Both the position numbers and the translations under genes were made by a program. The notes under the pieces are model-generated. The model was not told the origin of the DNA and did not search any database. It saw only the letters and a list, made by a program, of their open reading frames with translations. This document shows positions 12,438 through 24,439 of a stretch of DNA of 64,000 nt, one piece after another. Location: the NCBI GenBank assembly GCA_004431415.1, contig QPMI01000589.1, forward strand, positions 49,973 through 113,972. Reading direction: 5' to 3'. This stretch comes from Cyanophora paradoxa CCMP329. Lineage: Eukaryota > Plantae > Glaucophyta. Position 1 is the first letter of the stretch, and each line of letters opens with the position of its first letter.

Positions 12438-13036
12438 TGTTGCGTGCAGTGTGAGGACCCGGGATGATTCGGGGAATCACTAGCCTCTCGCGAGATGGCC
12501 TATTGGTAGAACTGCCGCCTTGACACCCCTTAGTCGTTGGTTCGACTCCGGCTGGGTCCGGGTCGCAACGCGTCCATAACATGGGGGCTGCTAACGGACC
12601 TGGTTCGACTCCCGACGAGGGATAGACCGGGCTTCGAATCCCACGCGGGGCGCTAGGAAGCGCTGGCTGAGGGCCGCTGCATCGCGGTACCCCGATAAGC
12701 CCGGCACCTGCATCGGTGGCCGCCGAAGAGCCTAGAAACTGCGCGCACGGAAAAAAGCGGCAGTTGCGGCTGTGTGAAGTGGGTGTCACGTGCGGCATGT
12801 GACCGAGGTTGAGATCGCGAGTTGTGAGGTGAAATGCAGCAATGGAACCGCACGGAAGGATCTCGGGGTCGAGATCACCGTGGCGGGGGGGATGTTGCGT
12901 GCAGTGTGAGGACCCGGGATGATTCGGGGAATCACTAGCCTCTCGCGAGATGGCCTATTGGTAGAACTGCCGCCTTGACACCCCTTAGTCGTTGGTTCGA
13001 CTCCGGCTGGGTCCGGGTCGCAACGCGTCCATAACA
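12438..13036 (+). mobile_element. Non-autonomous miniature LTR retrotransposon (TRIM)
   Basis: Two identical 144-bp LTRs (12438-12581, 12893-13036) with TGTT...AACA ends; 4-bp target-site duplication CCTC (12434-12437, 13037-13040); PBS-like TGGGGGCT directly after LTR1; purine tract GGCGGGGGGGA directly before LTR2; 311-bp interior with no RT/IN. Confidence 0.92.
12455..12559 (+). promoter_or_regulatory. tRNA-like Pol III module inside the LTR (second copy at 12910-13014)
   Basis: A-box-like TGGCCTATTGG at 12496-12506 and perfect B-box GGTTCGACTCC at 12539-12549 with tRNA-like spacing; T-arm GTTGG-TTCGACT-CCGGC; acceptor-like stem GGACCCG/TGGGTCC. Confidence 0.7.
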
Positions 13037-13602
13037 CCTCCTATCGTGCCCGACGTCGACAGACTCTGAGAGTCACCTTCCGACGTACTCGCCGAGTCGA
13101 CCTCGATCTTCAAGGCTTAGAACCAGATCAGTTTAACTGCCAGGCTGAATCATTGAATTCAAGTAGGCCACAGCGTAGAAGAATTTGAACTTCAAGCTTA
13201 AGTGGCCCGTGGGGACCGCCAGCGCCAGGCCGGCCCGGCGGGGGGGTCACGGGTGCAACTTGGCAATGATCATCGGATCCGGAGGCTTCCAAGTTCAAGT
13301 TTCGAATTCAAGTTCACAGCTGCAGAGTCATGCCATGATGATCATCGGATGATCATCAGTGTACTCCGAGGCTCCACGATTCACCGTGGCACGGTCATAA
13401 TAGTTCGAACCGCTGAGCTAGCGCTGTCACGGTGTTTCAAGTCACTGAGTTTCAAGTCGTTTCAAGTTTGTTAGCTAGAGTGGCAGAGGCGCCTCGAGCT
13501 CGGTGCTAATCGGAGGACCCAACGCCAGGCAAGGGGCAACGCCAGGCCAACTGCAGCTGGGCCAAAATGAACGTGTGCACATAGTGCAAAAGGCCTGCTA
13601 GG

Positions 13603-16600
13603 CTAATGCGCGCCATTCGAATCAGGCTGCGCAGGCGGGGGCCACTCGATCTCCCGCTCGACCCTCAGCACCGGCTCCGCGTCGGGGCCGAGGGGGGCCC
13701 CCAGGGGGTACACGGCGAGCCGCAGGGCCCCCGAGTGGCGGACGACCTCGAGGCGCCCCCGCCACGCCTCGGTCTCGGCGCCGGCACCAGTACCCCCCAG
13801 CTTCCCAGAGGCCTGCTGGAGGAGGGCCTCGAGGGCGGCAGCGAGGGCGGCGAAGAGGGCCTGGGGCTCCACGCCGGGCGCCAGGCAGCACGCCGCCAGC
13901 CGCGCCGCCGTCAGCGCGTGCATCCCGTGCACCCTGCCCGAGACTCCGGTCAGGGCCTAGGGGGCTAGGGGCTGAGAGGGGCGCACGGACCGGGCGGCGT
14001 TGTGGTAGGCGACGAGGGCGCCGCCGGCGGGCCAGCCCGCCACGCACAGGCGCGCAAGCACCCCCGTCGCCTGCACGAATCGTAGCGTAAAGAGAACGCC
14101 AAGGGCGGGCCGGGGCCGGGCGGGCCGGGGCGGGCCTTGGCGGCGAGGAAGGCGTCGTACTCGACGCGCATCTCCTCGTGGCTGAGGCCCCGGCTCCGCT
14201 TCTCCGCCAGCTCCCCCTTGTTGTACAGCTGCGTCCCCTCCGCTCAGCTCGGCGCAGCGACGAAGCTCGAAATTCGGAAGGGATCCGATCCGAAATGAGA
14301 TCAGCTAAGCCCAAGAAAAGCTCAAGCAACGACCGCAGAAGCTAAGCCTAAGAAAAGCTTAAGCAAGGGGCGCACGTGGGCGAGGGAGCGGGCCTTGCGG
14401 CAGCCGCGGACGAGGCGCCCGACGAGGAGCAGCTCGCGCCCCTCGTGCTGCGCCTGCACCTGCCGCCCAGCTCAGCGTGGGGAAGCTTGAGGCGGGGGCG
14501 GGGCGGGGCGGGCCTGGGAGCGGGCGGCGAGGGCGGGGGTGACGCCGACGAGGCGGGAGCAGGCCTCGCGGTGGGGCGGCAGGCCCGGCTCCGGCGCCCA
14601 CGCCCCCCGGTCCCCGCCCTCCAGCTCCTGCCACCCCGCCGGTCGAAGGGGGAAAAAGGGTCGCGGGGGTACGGGAGGGAGGGCGCACGGGGTCGCCGCG
14701 GCCTGCGAGGAGGCGGGAGACGAGGCGCTCGGTCCAGGGCCCGAAGCGCCGCCGCGCCGCCGCCTCGCCCCGCCGCCCCTCCGCCGCCTCCCCGCCGCCG
14801 CCAGCTCTGCCAGCGTGCGCGGCAGCGGCAGCGGCGCCTCGGGCCCGCCCTCCCCGCCCCCGGCCTCCGCCTCAGCCTCCTCCGCGCGCTCCGCCTCGCG
14901 CTCCGCGTCGACCAGCGCCGCCGCGCTGCTCAGCGCCCACACCCGCCGCCTGCGCATGCCGCCCCGCTCAGGCCCAGGGCAGGGCAAAGCTGGCCTGCAG
15001 AAATCGCGTACCCGTTCACGTCGTGCGGGGAGAGAACGAAGTCGGCGTTCCAGGTGTCCGAGACGGCCTTCTGCCAGGCCTGTACCCCCGCGCCCTCCAT
15101 GTCCTCGGGCTTCTTGCCCTTGGGCACGATGTACCCCTCCGCCAGCTGGGGCAGGTGGACCGGCCCCGTGGGGAGCGCCCAGGCCGCCCGCCCCAGCAGC
15201 TTCGAGAGCACCGCCGGCTGGCAGACGAACGCGTACCCCCCGGCCGCCGCCTCCCGCAGCAGTCCCTCGTCCAGGAAGGGCGGCGGGTCGGGCGCCAGGT
15301 CCGCCGCGTAGTCCACCGTCCGGAGGGAGGGTACCCCCGCGAGCGGGAGGGGTGTAGGGGGCCTCGGGTCGCCCGCCCCGGCCTCCGGTTCGGGGGGAGG
15401 GAAATGCGGGAAATCGGCGGCCATGTCCTGGGCCGTGCGGGGGAAGATCTGTGGGGGGTACGGGGTCGGACGGGCAGCTTCTAGTAGGTGGGAGGCTACG
15501 CACGGAGAAGTACTTGAAGGGGAAGCGTTGCAGAGCGGGGGCGAGGGGCGGGGGATCCCGAGGGGGCGGGGCCGGGGCCGAAGGCGGGGAGAGGGGTACG
15601 GGGACGAGGCCGGCGGCGCGGAGGGCGTCGGCGAGGGGGGGTACGGAGGCGTCAGCGAGGAAGAAAGGGCCAGAGGGGCGCTGGAGGGCCAGGGGGAGCT
15701 CGCGGTCCACGAGGGCGGCGAGGGCGGCGGCCGCTCGCTCCCGGCCGGCGGCGTCCCCGGGGGCCAGCCCCAGCGCCCGCCCCGCCCCGCCGGCCCCGCC
15801 CGCAGAGAGCGCCACGGTGATCTGCCCGCGCGGATCGTGAGGGCGGGAGGGAAGGGGAGGGGCCGGCGGGCGGCACCCGGGAGTGGACGAGGACGGGCGG
15901 GGCGGGTGCGGGCTCCGTGCCGGGGGGCCCGGCGGGGGCGGGGAGGCTCGGGTCCCGCAGCTCGCCCGCCGCGACCGGCCACTCCACCTCGACCTTGAGG
16001 AAGGCGGGTCCGCCCCCTTTCTCGGGCGGCAGCGCGAAGCCCAGCACCACAGCGGGGGCCTCTGCCGCCGCGTTCTTCAGCAGCGATCTGGGTTCAGAAA
16101 GGAGGGGTGTGCACCCTTCGCGCGGGCGCAGAAGTCCTCAGGAGACACGGCGGTCCAGCGGAGGGAGCGGAAGACGTGCCGCGGCGGCTCCGGGCGCCGC
16201 TCCTGCGGGCGCTCAGGTGAGGAGCCGCCGGCGCTCAGGTGAACGAGGGGGGTACAGAGGGCCCGCACGGCGGCGGTGGCGGCGCGGAGGAGCTCCTCGA
16301 AGGCAGGGGAGCGCGGGTCGGAGGCGGTGGCGGGGGCCGCGAGGGACGCCAGGCCGCCCCGCACCAGCGCCGCACCCACGTCCCTGGCCGCCGGTCGGAG
16401 GCCGCCGGCAGAGGGCGCGGGGCGCGGGGCGGGGGACGGCGCACGCACCCGGCGGGCCAGCGGAGAGGGAGCCGACGAAGGCGCCGCGCTCGCGGCGCTC
16501 GTAGACGGCGAGGCCGCCCGCCCCGAAGACCAGGCACGCCTGCGGGCGGCTCGAGGGAGGGCGGGGCGCGGGGGCGGCGGGGCGGGCCGGGCGGACCTGG

Positions 16601-17495
16601 AGCTGGGCGCCCGGCGCGTAGACGAGGCGGCGGGCGGCGCGGAGCGCCTCGGGCCCGCCGGGCTCCTCGGGCCCCGCGGCGCGCACGCCGGCGAGGCGGA
16701 GGACGAGGCCCCGGCCGCCGCGCCGCGCCAGCTCCTCCGCGCCGTCCGTCCGGCGGGCGAGGGGCCCGGCGCCGTGCTCGGGGCCCAGGTCGAGGTCGAG
16801 GTCCACGAGGAAGGAGCAAGGGGAGAGGACGCGGCGGACGCGCGCGGGCAGCGGGCCGAGCTCGCTCGGGAGGCGCCCGTCGCCCCACATCCCCGCCCCC
16901 GCCGCCCGCGCCTCGCTGGAGCGCGAGGCTCGTCAGCTCTCGCAGCGCGTAACGCCGCGGCCTATGCGCGATGCGGCGGCGGGGCGCACCGTTCGGCCTC
17001 CAGGAGCGCTGCGAGGTTCGGGGCGGGGCGCGCCAGCCTCGCCCATCCGCGGCGCAGAAGCGTTAGCTCAAGGTCAAGGCGGTGCTCTCCGACGAGCAGG
17101 CGGGCCGGGATGCGGTCCGGCTGCTCGCCCGCTGCCGCTCCCGGCGCGGTCGCCTCGAGCAGCTCCGCGCAGACGCGCACGCCGGGCCGCAGGTTCTCGC
17201 GGATCCAGAGGATGCATTCGCGCGGCGGCTGTTCGAGAGGCTGGCCTGCGGGGGGCGAGAGGCACAGGGCGCTCTCCTCGCCGTCGAGGCGCACCAGCAC
17301 GGCGCCGGCATCGAGGGCGCGGACGATCGAGCCGCAGCGCAGGGACGTGGATGGACGAAGGGCCTCCCCCGCGGCTGCGCTGCTCGCCTCTTCAACAGCC
17401 GATTGCTCCCGCTCGGCCGCGCCATCCGCTGCCACGGCCGGCGGTGGCTGGACGGAGAACAGGGACCCAGCGATGCTCCTCAGCGCGCTCAGCAT
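13603..17495 (-). CDS. Large multi-exon gene (possibly two genes) with N-terminal staphylococcal-nuclease-like repeats and an unknown C-terminus
   Basis: LDLELTLLRRGWARL..LLEAE..MWGD, LRLAGVRA and DVGAALVRGGLASL resemble the SN domains of Tudor-SN; downstream exons are coding-like but unassigned. Confidence 0.5.
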
Positions 17496-17876
17496 GCCGG
17501 GCGATGACTCAAGCGCCGATCAGCGTTTGGCCATGGCCATGGCCGACGTCCGTGTAATTTTCAGTCGAGGTTTCGATCGGAGGCGGGTTCGAATTCGGCC
17601 GAAGTCAGCTGCAGGCCGGCCATTCGGCGAGCATGCGAAGCTAGAATGACATGATGGCCAACCCCTATATATAGTCGAGAATCGATAGTACATGTACAGT
17701 CTATGCATATGAATCTGGCATTCGAAGAGGTGACCGTTCCCCTCGAGGCCCGCGCGCGAGCGCTCTCGAAGCCTGTGCTAACAGGCCTTGATCATGATGC
17801 GTACATCAATGCGCACATTCATAACACATAGAATCAATTAACTTAGTAACAAGCTTACTGCTGAAGTTAAAATGGT

Positions 17877-19845
17877 CTACGGCCGCCGCATCCTGCTCAC
17901 TTCGGTGCGGCTGCGGGGGCGAGAACAGCGCTCTCCTCGCGGTACCACAGCACATGCACGCCATGGTTGGCCGGACCGGCGACCTCCGCCCCCAGCGGCC
18001 CCGCCGCGCGGAGGCACTCCCGCAGGCGTGTCTCCGCGAGAGTCTCGATGCCGTTGTCTGCTGGAGACCCAGGCGCGACGTCCGGTTTGTAGAAGATAGT
18101 CGACAGAGTGAGGATGGGTGCGGCGACGGATAGAAGGCGCCGCAGAGCCTCCTGGGTGGGGCCCCAGTCCGCAGGTGTGAGAAGAGGCTGGGTCGCGACG
18201 GCCGCAACCTTCAGGCCTGCGGCGCCCGCTCAATGCGTCAGACACTGGCGGACGCCTTCACTTGGCTGGACTGGGAGGGCAGTGCACTGAGGTTGATTTC
18301 GAGGCTCCTGAGGCTTTTGGAGCGCTCGACCGCGTCCGCGAGGCCGTGCATGACCGGCACCTCGGCGGCAGTGCCAGGGAAAAAGAGGAAAGTGAGGGTT
18401 GAAAGCTTCTCGCAGGCGGCGAGCGCCGCTACAGTCTCTCGCGATAGCCCGCCACCGGTACCGTCGGGGATCTGCGCGTCGTTTCAGATTGGCGTGACCC
18501 GAGAGGCCGCTGCAGACTCTAAGACGGGCAGAAGGGCGCAAGGCGCACTAGGCCGATGCCGACGGGGAAGGTGATGGTCTCGAGCCTCTTCATGGCTGCC
18601 AGCGCCCGCATCGCGGCAGGACGAAGAACCTGTGTGTTGCCCCTACGTGAAAGAGCATATGCTTCTTCTGACGTTCTCAGGCTGCTGAAAGATCTGCTCA
18701 AGCATTAAGCCACCGGCGCGCTTACGAAAGTTCAGAAAAGGGCAGCAGACTCACACGTCGGAGAGGGTGCGCAGGTTCTGGCCTGCGGGGCCGACGGCAA
18801 ACTCGGCAAAGCCAGAACCCAGGTCCAGATGATGATGGGTCCACCAGTTGAGCTCGTTCAGCTGCGCCATTGTAAGATCAAGAGCCGGAGGGGAAGATCG
18901 CGACTCGGGGGGCGGCACCTTCGCAAGCGAGGAGAGGCCGGCAAGGGCGTCGTCGTTCACCGGGCGGACGCAGAGGCGCTGCAGGGCGGGGCACGAGGCG
19001 GCGATCGCTAGCGTGTCCCTCCGGTCGACGAACATCCAGCTCGGGAGGAAGAGCTCTTCGAGGCGGGAGAAGGGGGCGAGCGCGCGGCGGAGCGCCCGCG
19101 CGCTGATCTCGAAATTGAGCGCCCTGAGGGCCGGCGGTTCGCCCCCGTCCTCGTCGTCCTCGTCGTTCGTGCCGGGCCCTTGCCAGATGTGGAGGACGGG
19201 CAGGCTGCTCGAGGACGATGGCGGCGGCCGCAGCGCGCTCAGCGTCCCGAAGACCTCCGACAAGACGATGTCGCGGCCGACGGCATTCCGGTGGCCAGGC
19301 TCGAAGCGAGGCAGCACGCGGTTCAAGGCCGCCATGCGGTAGAAAACGCCAACGCGCCCGAGAGACCCCGCCGCCTGCAGGGATGTCCGCAGAGCCTCGT
19401 GTGCCGCACGCCCGAGAGTGTTGATCTCGACATCTGCTAGGAGCTCGTCGACTTGCGCAGGGCTGCTGCTGCTGGCATCGAAGTCCCGATACTCCACGTG
19501 CAGCTCGACCTCCGCCGCCCCGCCGCCCCGCAGCCGCAGCCGCCCGCTCCGCAAGAACGCCGCCAGCGAGTCGAATGTCGCCGGCCGAGTCCCCGTCACG
19601 CTCAACATGCGCCACTCGGTCTCCTGCACCAGCCGCCGCCACTTGCGGCACACCAGCCGAGCCGTCCGCCACGCCTCGTCCGCGCCGAAGTGCTCGCTGA
19701 AGATGCGCTCCAGCAGCGCGTCTGGGAGCACGTCAATGAGGCTGCAATCGACGCCCGAGCCTTCCGCTGGCTGAACGAGAGTGGCGGCGGCAAGCTGCTG
19801 GGACGTGTCAGCGTCCGTTCTTGCGCGCTTCGACTGCGGCTCCAT
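17877..19845 (-). CDS. F-box/LRR protein, family 1 copy B (3' exons possibly degenerate, end approximate)
   Basis: MEPQSKRART..IDVLPDALLERIFSEHFGADEAWRTARLVCRKWRRLV, with the same exon order as copy A. Confidence 0.75.
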
Positions 19846-20163
19846 CGTTCTGCGCCAAGCGAAGTGAGCGAGGTGTCGACGAACAGCCGCGCGCTTCGCT
19901 CCAGAGCGCACCTCGCACGCGCTCGTCTCGCTCCCGTTGTCTCAGAGCACGCGTGGGGGCCCTTCAAGCTGTCGGCACTGACTCGGCAGCTATGGTGACT
20001 GCGGCGAAAGCAGGGGACGAGCCCGAGACGGTTACGCGAATCGTCTGCGCGAATTTGTTCTCGTCCAGAGCGGCCCCTCGGCTTGCGTTGAGCACCTTTT
20101 TGTTAGCTAGAGGAAGCCGGGAGTGTGCTGGAGTAGCCTGGCAGCTACAGGCGCGGCGGCGGG

Positions 20164-21404
20164 ATGGCGGCGGCCGCGGGGCCTTCGGCGCAGAATCCAG
20201 CAGTAGACAGGCTTGTTTACGACAGAGCTAGAACAGACACGCTGATATTAGGTGCTTCTAGCTTTAGCTGCGCTCCTCGCCGTCGGTTCCGAATCCGCCG
20301 CCCCGCGCAGGCATCGACTTTGGGACTTCTGCGGTGCGAGCGGCGTACTGGGACCCCAACTATGGCCACCCGTTCGTCGTGCGGGACGTGCACCGCAAGG
20401 GAAGCGTGCCGGCGGCCGTGGCCTACATAGGCGAGGACCGCTTCGTGGGCGACGCAGCGCTGGCGCACGAAGCCCTGTACCCGCAGGGAGTCATCCGTGA
20501 GATCAAGCGCATCGTCGGCAGGCGGTGCGCACCCGTGCGGGAAGGCGCCGGCCGCTCCGCCTCGCCTGAGGCTCCGGGTGCCGCGCAGGATGGCGGACCC
20601 CGTGATCCAGGCGAACCTGAAGCGGTGGAACTTCCGGGTCACCTCCACGACGGGGATCAACCCGATCATCAGCGCCATCGCGGACCGCAGGACGGCGAAC
20701 CTGGTCCCGGCCGAGGTCGCCGCCGTCCTCCTCAACGAGGTCCGCGTGAACGCCGAGGAGCAGTCTGGCAGCAGGATCAAGAACGCCGTCATCACCATCC
20801 CCGGTCCGGCTCCTCTTCCCTCCTTTTCCCGCCCCTTTCCGACCGGCCCGCCGCCCGCAGTCTCTTTCTCGGCGCTGCAGCGGCAGGCCCTGCGAGACGC
20901 CGCCGCGCTGGCCGGCCTCAAGACCGTCCGCCTCGTTGAAGAGCCCATATCCTTGCGCCCCGCGCCCCGCGCCCCGCCCGCCTCCGCCGCCCCGCCCGCC
21001 CGCTGGCCTTGACCGGCCGCCCCTCCACGTCGCGGCGGCGGCGACGTACACGTTCGACTGGGCGTCCTTCGAGGGGATGGGCTCGGGCTGGTCGGAGCTG
21101 GGCCCGCCGAGCGGGGTGAACACGGAGGGCAAGGTCTCCATGACGTTCATGGTCTTCGACATGGGCGTCGCCCACACGAACGTCTCCATCCAGACCTACG
21201 AGGACCAGAACCTCCAGGCGCGAGCTCGCACGGCGCCGCGGCGCTTGTCGGCTCTCGGACTAACGCCGCCGGTCGGGGGGCGCAGGTCCACGCGATGGTG
21301 GGCGACCAGCAGCTCGGGGGGGAGGACTTCACGCAGAAGATCGTGGGGTACGTGCGGCAGGAGTTCAAGAAGGCGGAGCGCGTCGACGTCGGCGTGCGCC
21401 CCGT

Positions 21405-21442
<38 letters not shown>

Positions 21443-23954
21443 CCCGACGCGGGGGCGGGCTGCAGGCGTCGCCGCTGGCGATGTGGCGGCTGCGGGCGGC
21501 GTGCGAGGCGGCGAAGCTGGCGCTGACGACGCAGGAGAAGGCGCCGGTGGACGTGACGTCGATCTACAACGGGTACGACCTCTCGGCGGTCGTCACGCGG
21601 GCCGCCTTCGTGGAGGTCACCCAGGAGCTCTTCCGCCGCGCCCTCGCCCTCATCTCCAGGGTACCCCCGCCCCGCCCCGCCCCCCTCGCCCCCGCCCACC
21701 CCCTCTGAGGCGGGCGGGCGCAGTGCATGCAGGAGGCGAAGGTGACGAAGGAGCAGATCCACGACGTCGTCCTCGTGGGCGGCGGCACGCGCATGCCGCT
21801 GCTCGAGGAGCTCATCAAGGAGTTCTTCGACGGGCGCCAGGTCCGCCGCACGCTCGGGCCCGACGAGTCGACGGCGCTGGGCGCGTGCCTCCTCTGCGCC
21901 GTCCTCACGAACTACGCCGAGACGGACGCGTACCGCAAGGAGCCGCCCCGCCGCTCCATCGTCGCCCCGCCCAAGTGGATGTTCAACGTGCGCCCCCCCT
22001 CCCTCCCGCCCGCCCCGGCACCTCCCCTCCCCTCCTCCTCCTCCTCGGGCGCTTCTGACGGGGCGGCCCGCAGGAGGTGACGCACACGAAGTACACGGTG
22101 GCGCTGGCGAGCGAGGAGCTCGTCGTCGTCGTCCCCGCCAACTCGCGCATGCCGACGCGCCGGAGCGTGCAGCTTTCGACGTGCAGCGAGAACCAGGCCT
22201 CGGTGCTCGTGGAGATCTACGAGGGGGAGGGGGAGGGCGCGGGGGACCCGGCGGTGACGCTGCTGGGCAAGGTGGAGCTGGGGGGCCTCTACCAGACGCC
22301 CCGGGGCGTGGCCCTCCTGGACATCACCCTCGAGGTCCTCCTGCACCGCGTCCTCCGCGTGACCGTCACGGACCGCCACACGAAGAACAAGAAGGAGCTC
22401 ATCATCAACCCCAACGAGTACCGCGTCTCCAAGGAGGACATCGCCCGCTTCCTCGAGGAGGGGGCGCGCTACCGGGCCCGCCAGATCGCCTTCCTCCAGG
22501 GCGACGGGCCCTCGGACCCCGTCGGGGCGCAGCTGCACGCGCTCAAGCGGGCGGCGCTGCACGTCCCCGTCGAGAGCTCCTCGGACCTGGCCGCCGAGGC
22601 CTCCCTCGCCCTCGCCCGCTGCCGCTCCTTCGTCGCCACCCAGGCCCGCGCCCCCCCGCCCGTCCGCTCCCCTACAAAGAGGTCGCGGCTCACCCCTCTT
22701 CTCCTCCTCGGGGCGCAGGTGGCGGCGGAGAACGGGCTGGTCGTCGAGCCCTCCCGCACCTGGCGCACCGTCTGCCAGGTCCGCCTCGGGAAGAGAAGCG
22801 GGGCGAGGGGCCGGGTTGAAGCTGACAGGCCGCCGGCAGGTGTGCACGCACGTGGAGACGCTGTACCTGGACCGCGTGGGGACGGCGGCGGCGGAGGCGA
22901 AGCTGAAGGCGCACCTCCTCGTCAAGCTCGACGAGCTCCGCTCCCTCGTGCCCCTCGCCCACCGCGCCGCCCTCGTCTACTGGGACGAGCGCGCCGACGT
23001 CAACCCCGACGCCGCCTCCAACGGCCCGCCCGCCCGCCTCCTTTCGCTCGGCCCCCGCCTCTCCGCCTCGGGACTGACCGCCTCGTGCGCGCGCAGACCC
23101 GCGGGCGGCGATGTCGCTGCGGACGGCGCGGCTGGTGCCGGCGGACCGGTCGCGGACGGGGCTGGGGCGGCCGCTGTCCTTCGAGAGCGACGAGGCGTTC
23201 GAGGCCTTCTGCCAGATGCTTCTCGAGCTCAACGGCGAGGCCGAGGAGCGCCTCGCCCGCGTCGGCCAGGCCCAGCTCTACTACCACAAGGCGAGCCCCC
23301 CGCCCTCCCCCCTCCCTCCCCCCTCTCCTCTCGTGCTAACCCGCCTCCGCCAGAACGGGACGTACTTCTCAGTGCACTACTTCGAGCGGGGGGTAGAGCG
23401 GCTGAACGCCGTGCTGCTCATCATGCAGATGCTCGCCGTGCACCTCCCCGAGAACCGCAAGTTCCTGCAGCGCGACCGGCCCCGCGCCGCCTACGTCGGC
23501 CTCCTCGAGAAGATCCGCGCCCAGTACTTCGAGAGCGCCAACCTCCAGTGGGCCGCCTCCTCCGAGGGCGCCGCCGCCGGCTCGGGCGCCGCCCCGAACC
23601 CCCTCCTCGTCCAGAAGCGCGAGCAGGTCTACGCAACCATCGAGAAGGCCAAGCGGGCACGCCCCGCCCCGCCCCGCCCGGCCGCCGCGGCCGCCCGTGA
23701 CCCCCGCGCAGCTCTTCGACCCGCCGTCGGGGGCGTCGCCGCCGCCGAAGACTGCAGCGGCGGTGGCGGAGGCGCTGGCGCAGGGGCAGGCCCTCGCCGA
23801 GGGCCTCAACGTCCCCACCCAGGCCGCCCTCCCCGAGGGCGAGGCCGCCCAGGAGGCCCCCGAGGCCGCCCCCGCCCCCCCGACGGCGCCGCGTAGCCGC
23901 CCTTGGCGCCGTCCCTCCCCCTCTTCTCTAGGCGCCGCTTTCCCTGATTCTTAG
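20164..23954 (+). CDS. Divergent Hsp70-superfamily protein with an N-terminal hydrophobic segment and a long C-terminal extension, multi-exon
   Basis: GIDFGTS, VPAAVAY..RFVGDAA, IKNAVITIP, QRQALRDAAALAGL..VRLVEEP, LGGEDF, LRAACEAAKLALT, IHDVVLVGGGTRMP, NQASVLVEIYEGE. Confidence 0.85.
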
Positions 23955-24439
23955 AGCTAGCTAGCCCCTTGCAATCGCACATTTCTAGATCTAGATCTGT
24001 TCGAACATGAAAACTGTTGGCTGTATGTAGCTGCCAGACTACTCGAGCGCACTCCCGGCCGCGGGGTGATCGATAGCAGCTCATGATCAATGTTAACGTT
24101 AACGCAAGCCGGCTCGATCTGCGCCGGCGAGGATATCGATTTTAATTTCGAATATTAATTCGAATTCCAGATCGAATTCGCGCGGAAAGATTGCAATTGC
24201 GTAGCCGTCTCGGGCTCGTTCCCCCAAGTTCGCGGTCCTTGGCCGGGCGCCTGCATGCCTCTAGATCTGCAGCTGTCGGCTGCAGCTCAAAGGGTCTCGA
24301 GTCCCGACGCGTTCACTGTGGCACCGGAAACGCGGTGAGAGCGATTCAAAAGCGTGCGAGGTGCGTTCGTGAAGCGCAGCGCGCGGTCGCTCTCCGATGC
24401 ATATGTCTCGCTCACTTCGCTCCGCACAGCATCACGATC

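Noticed and set aside
12455-12559. Functional tRNA gene (Tyr- or Sec-like)
   Set aside because: No pairable D or anticodon arm, a ~34-nt insertion after the acceptor strand, no oligo-T terminator, and it lies within LTRs
10564-12798. 744-aa minus-strand ORF
   Set aside because: Antisense to the LRR gene and runs through the LTR; no recognisable motifs
13100-13480. TTCAAG-rich stretch as a possible repeat array
   Set aside because: Irregular spacing with no definable unit or termini
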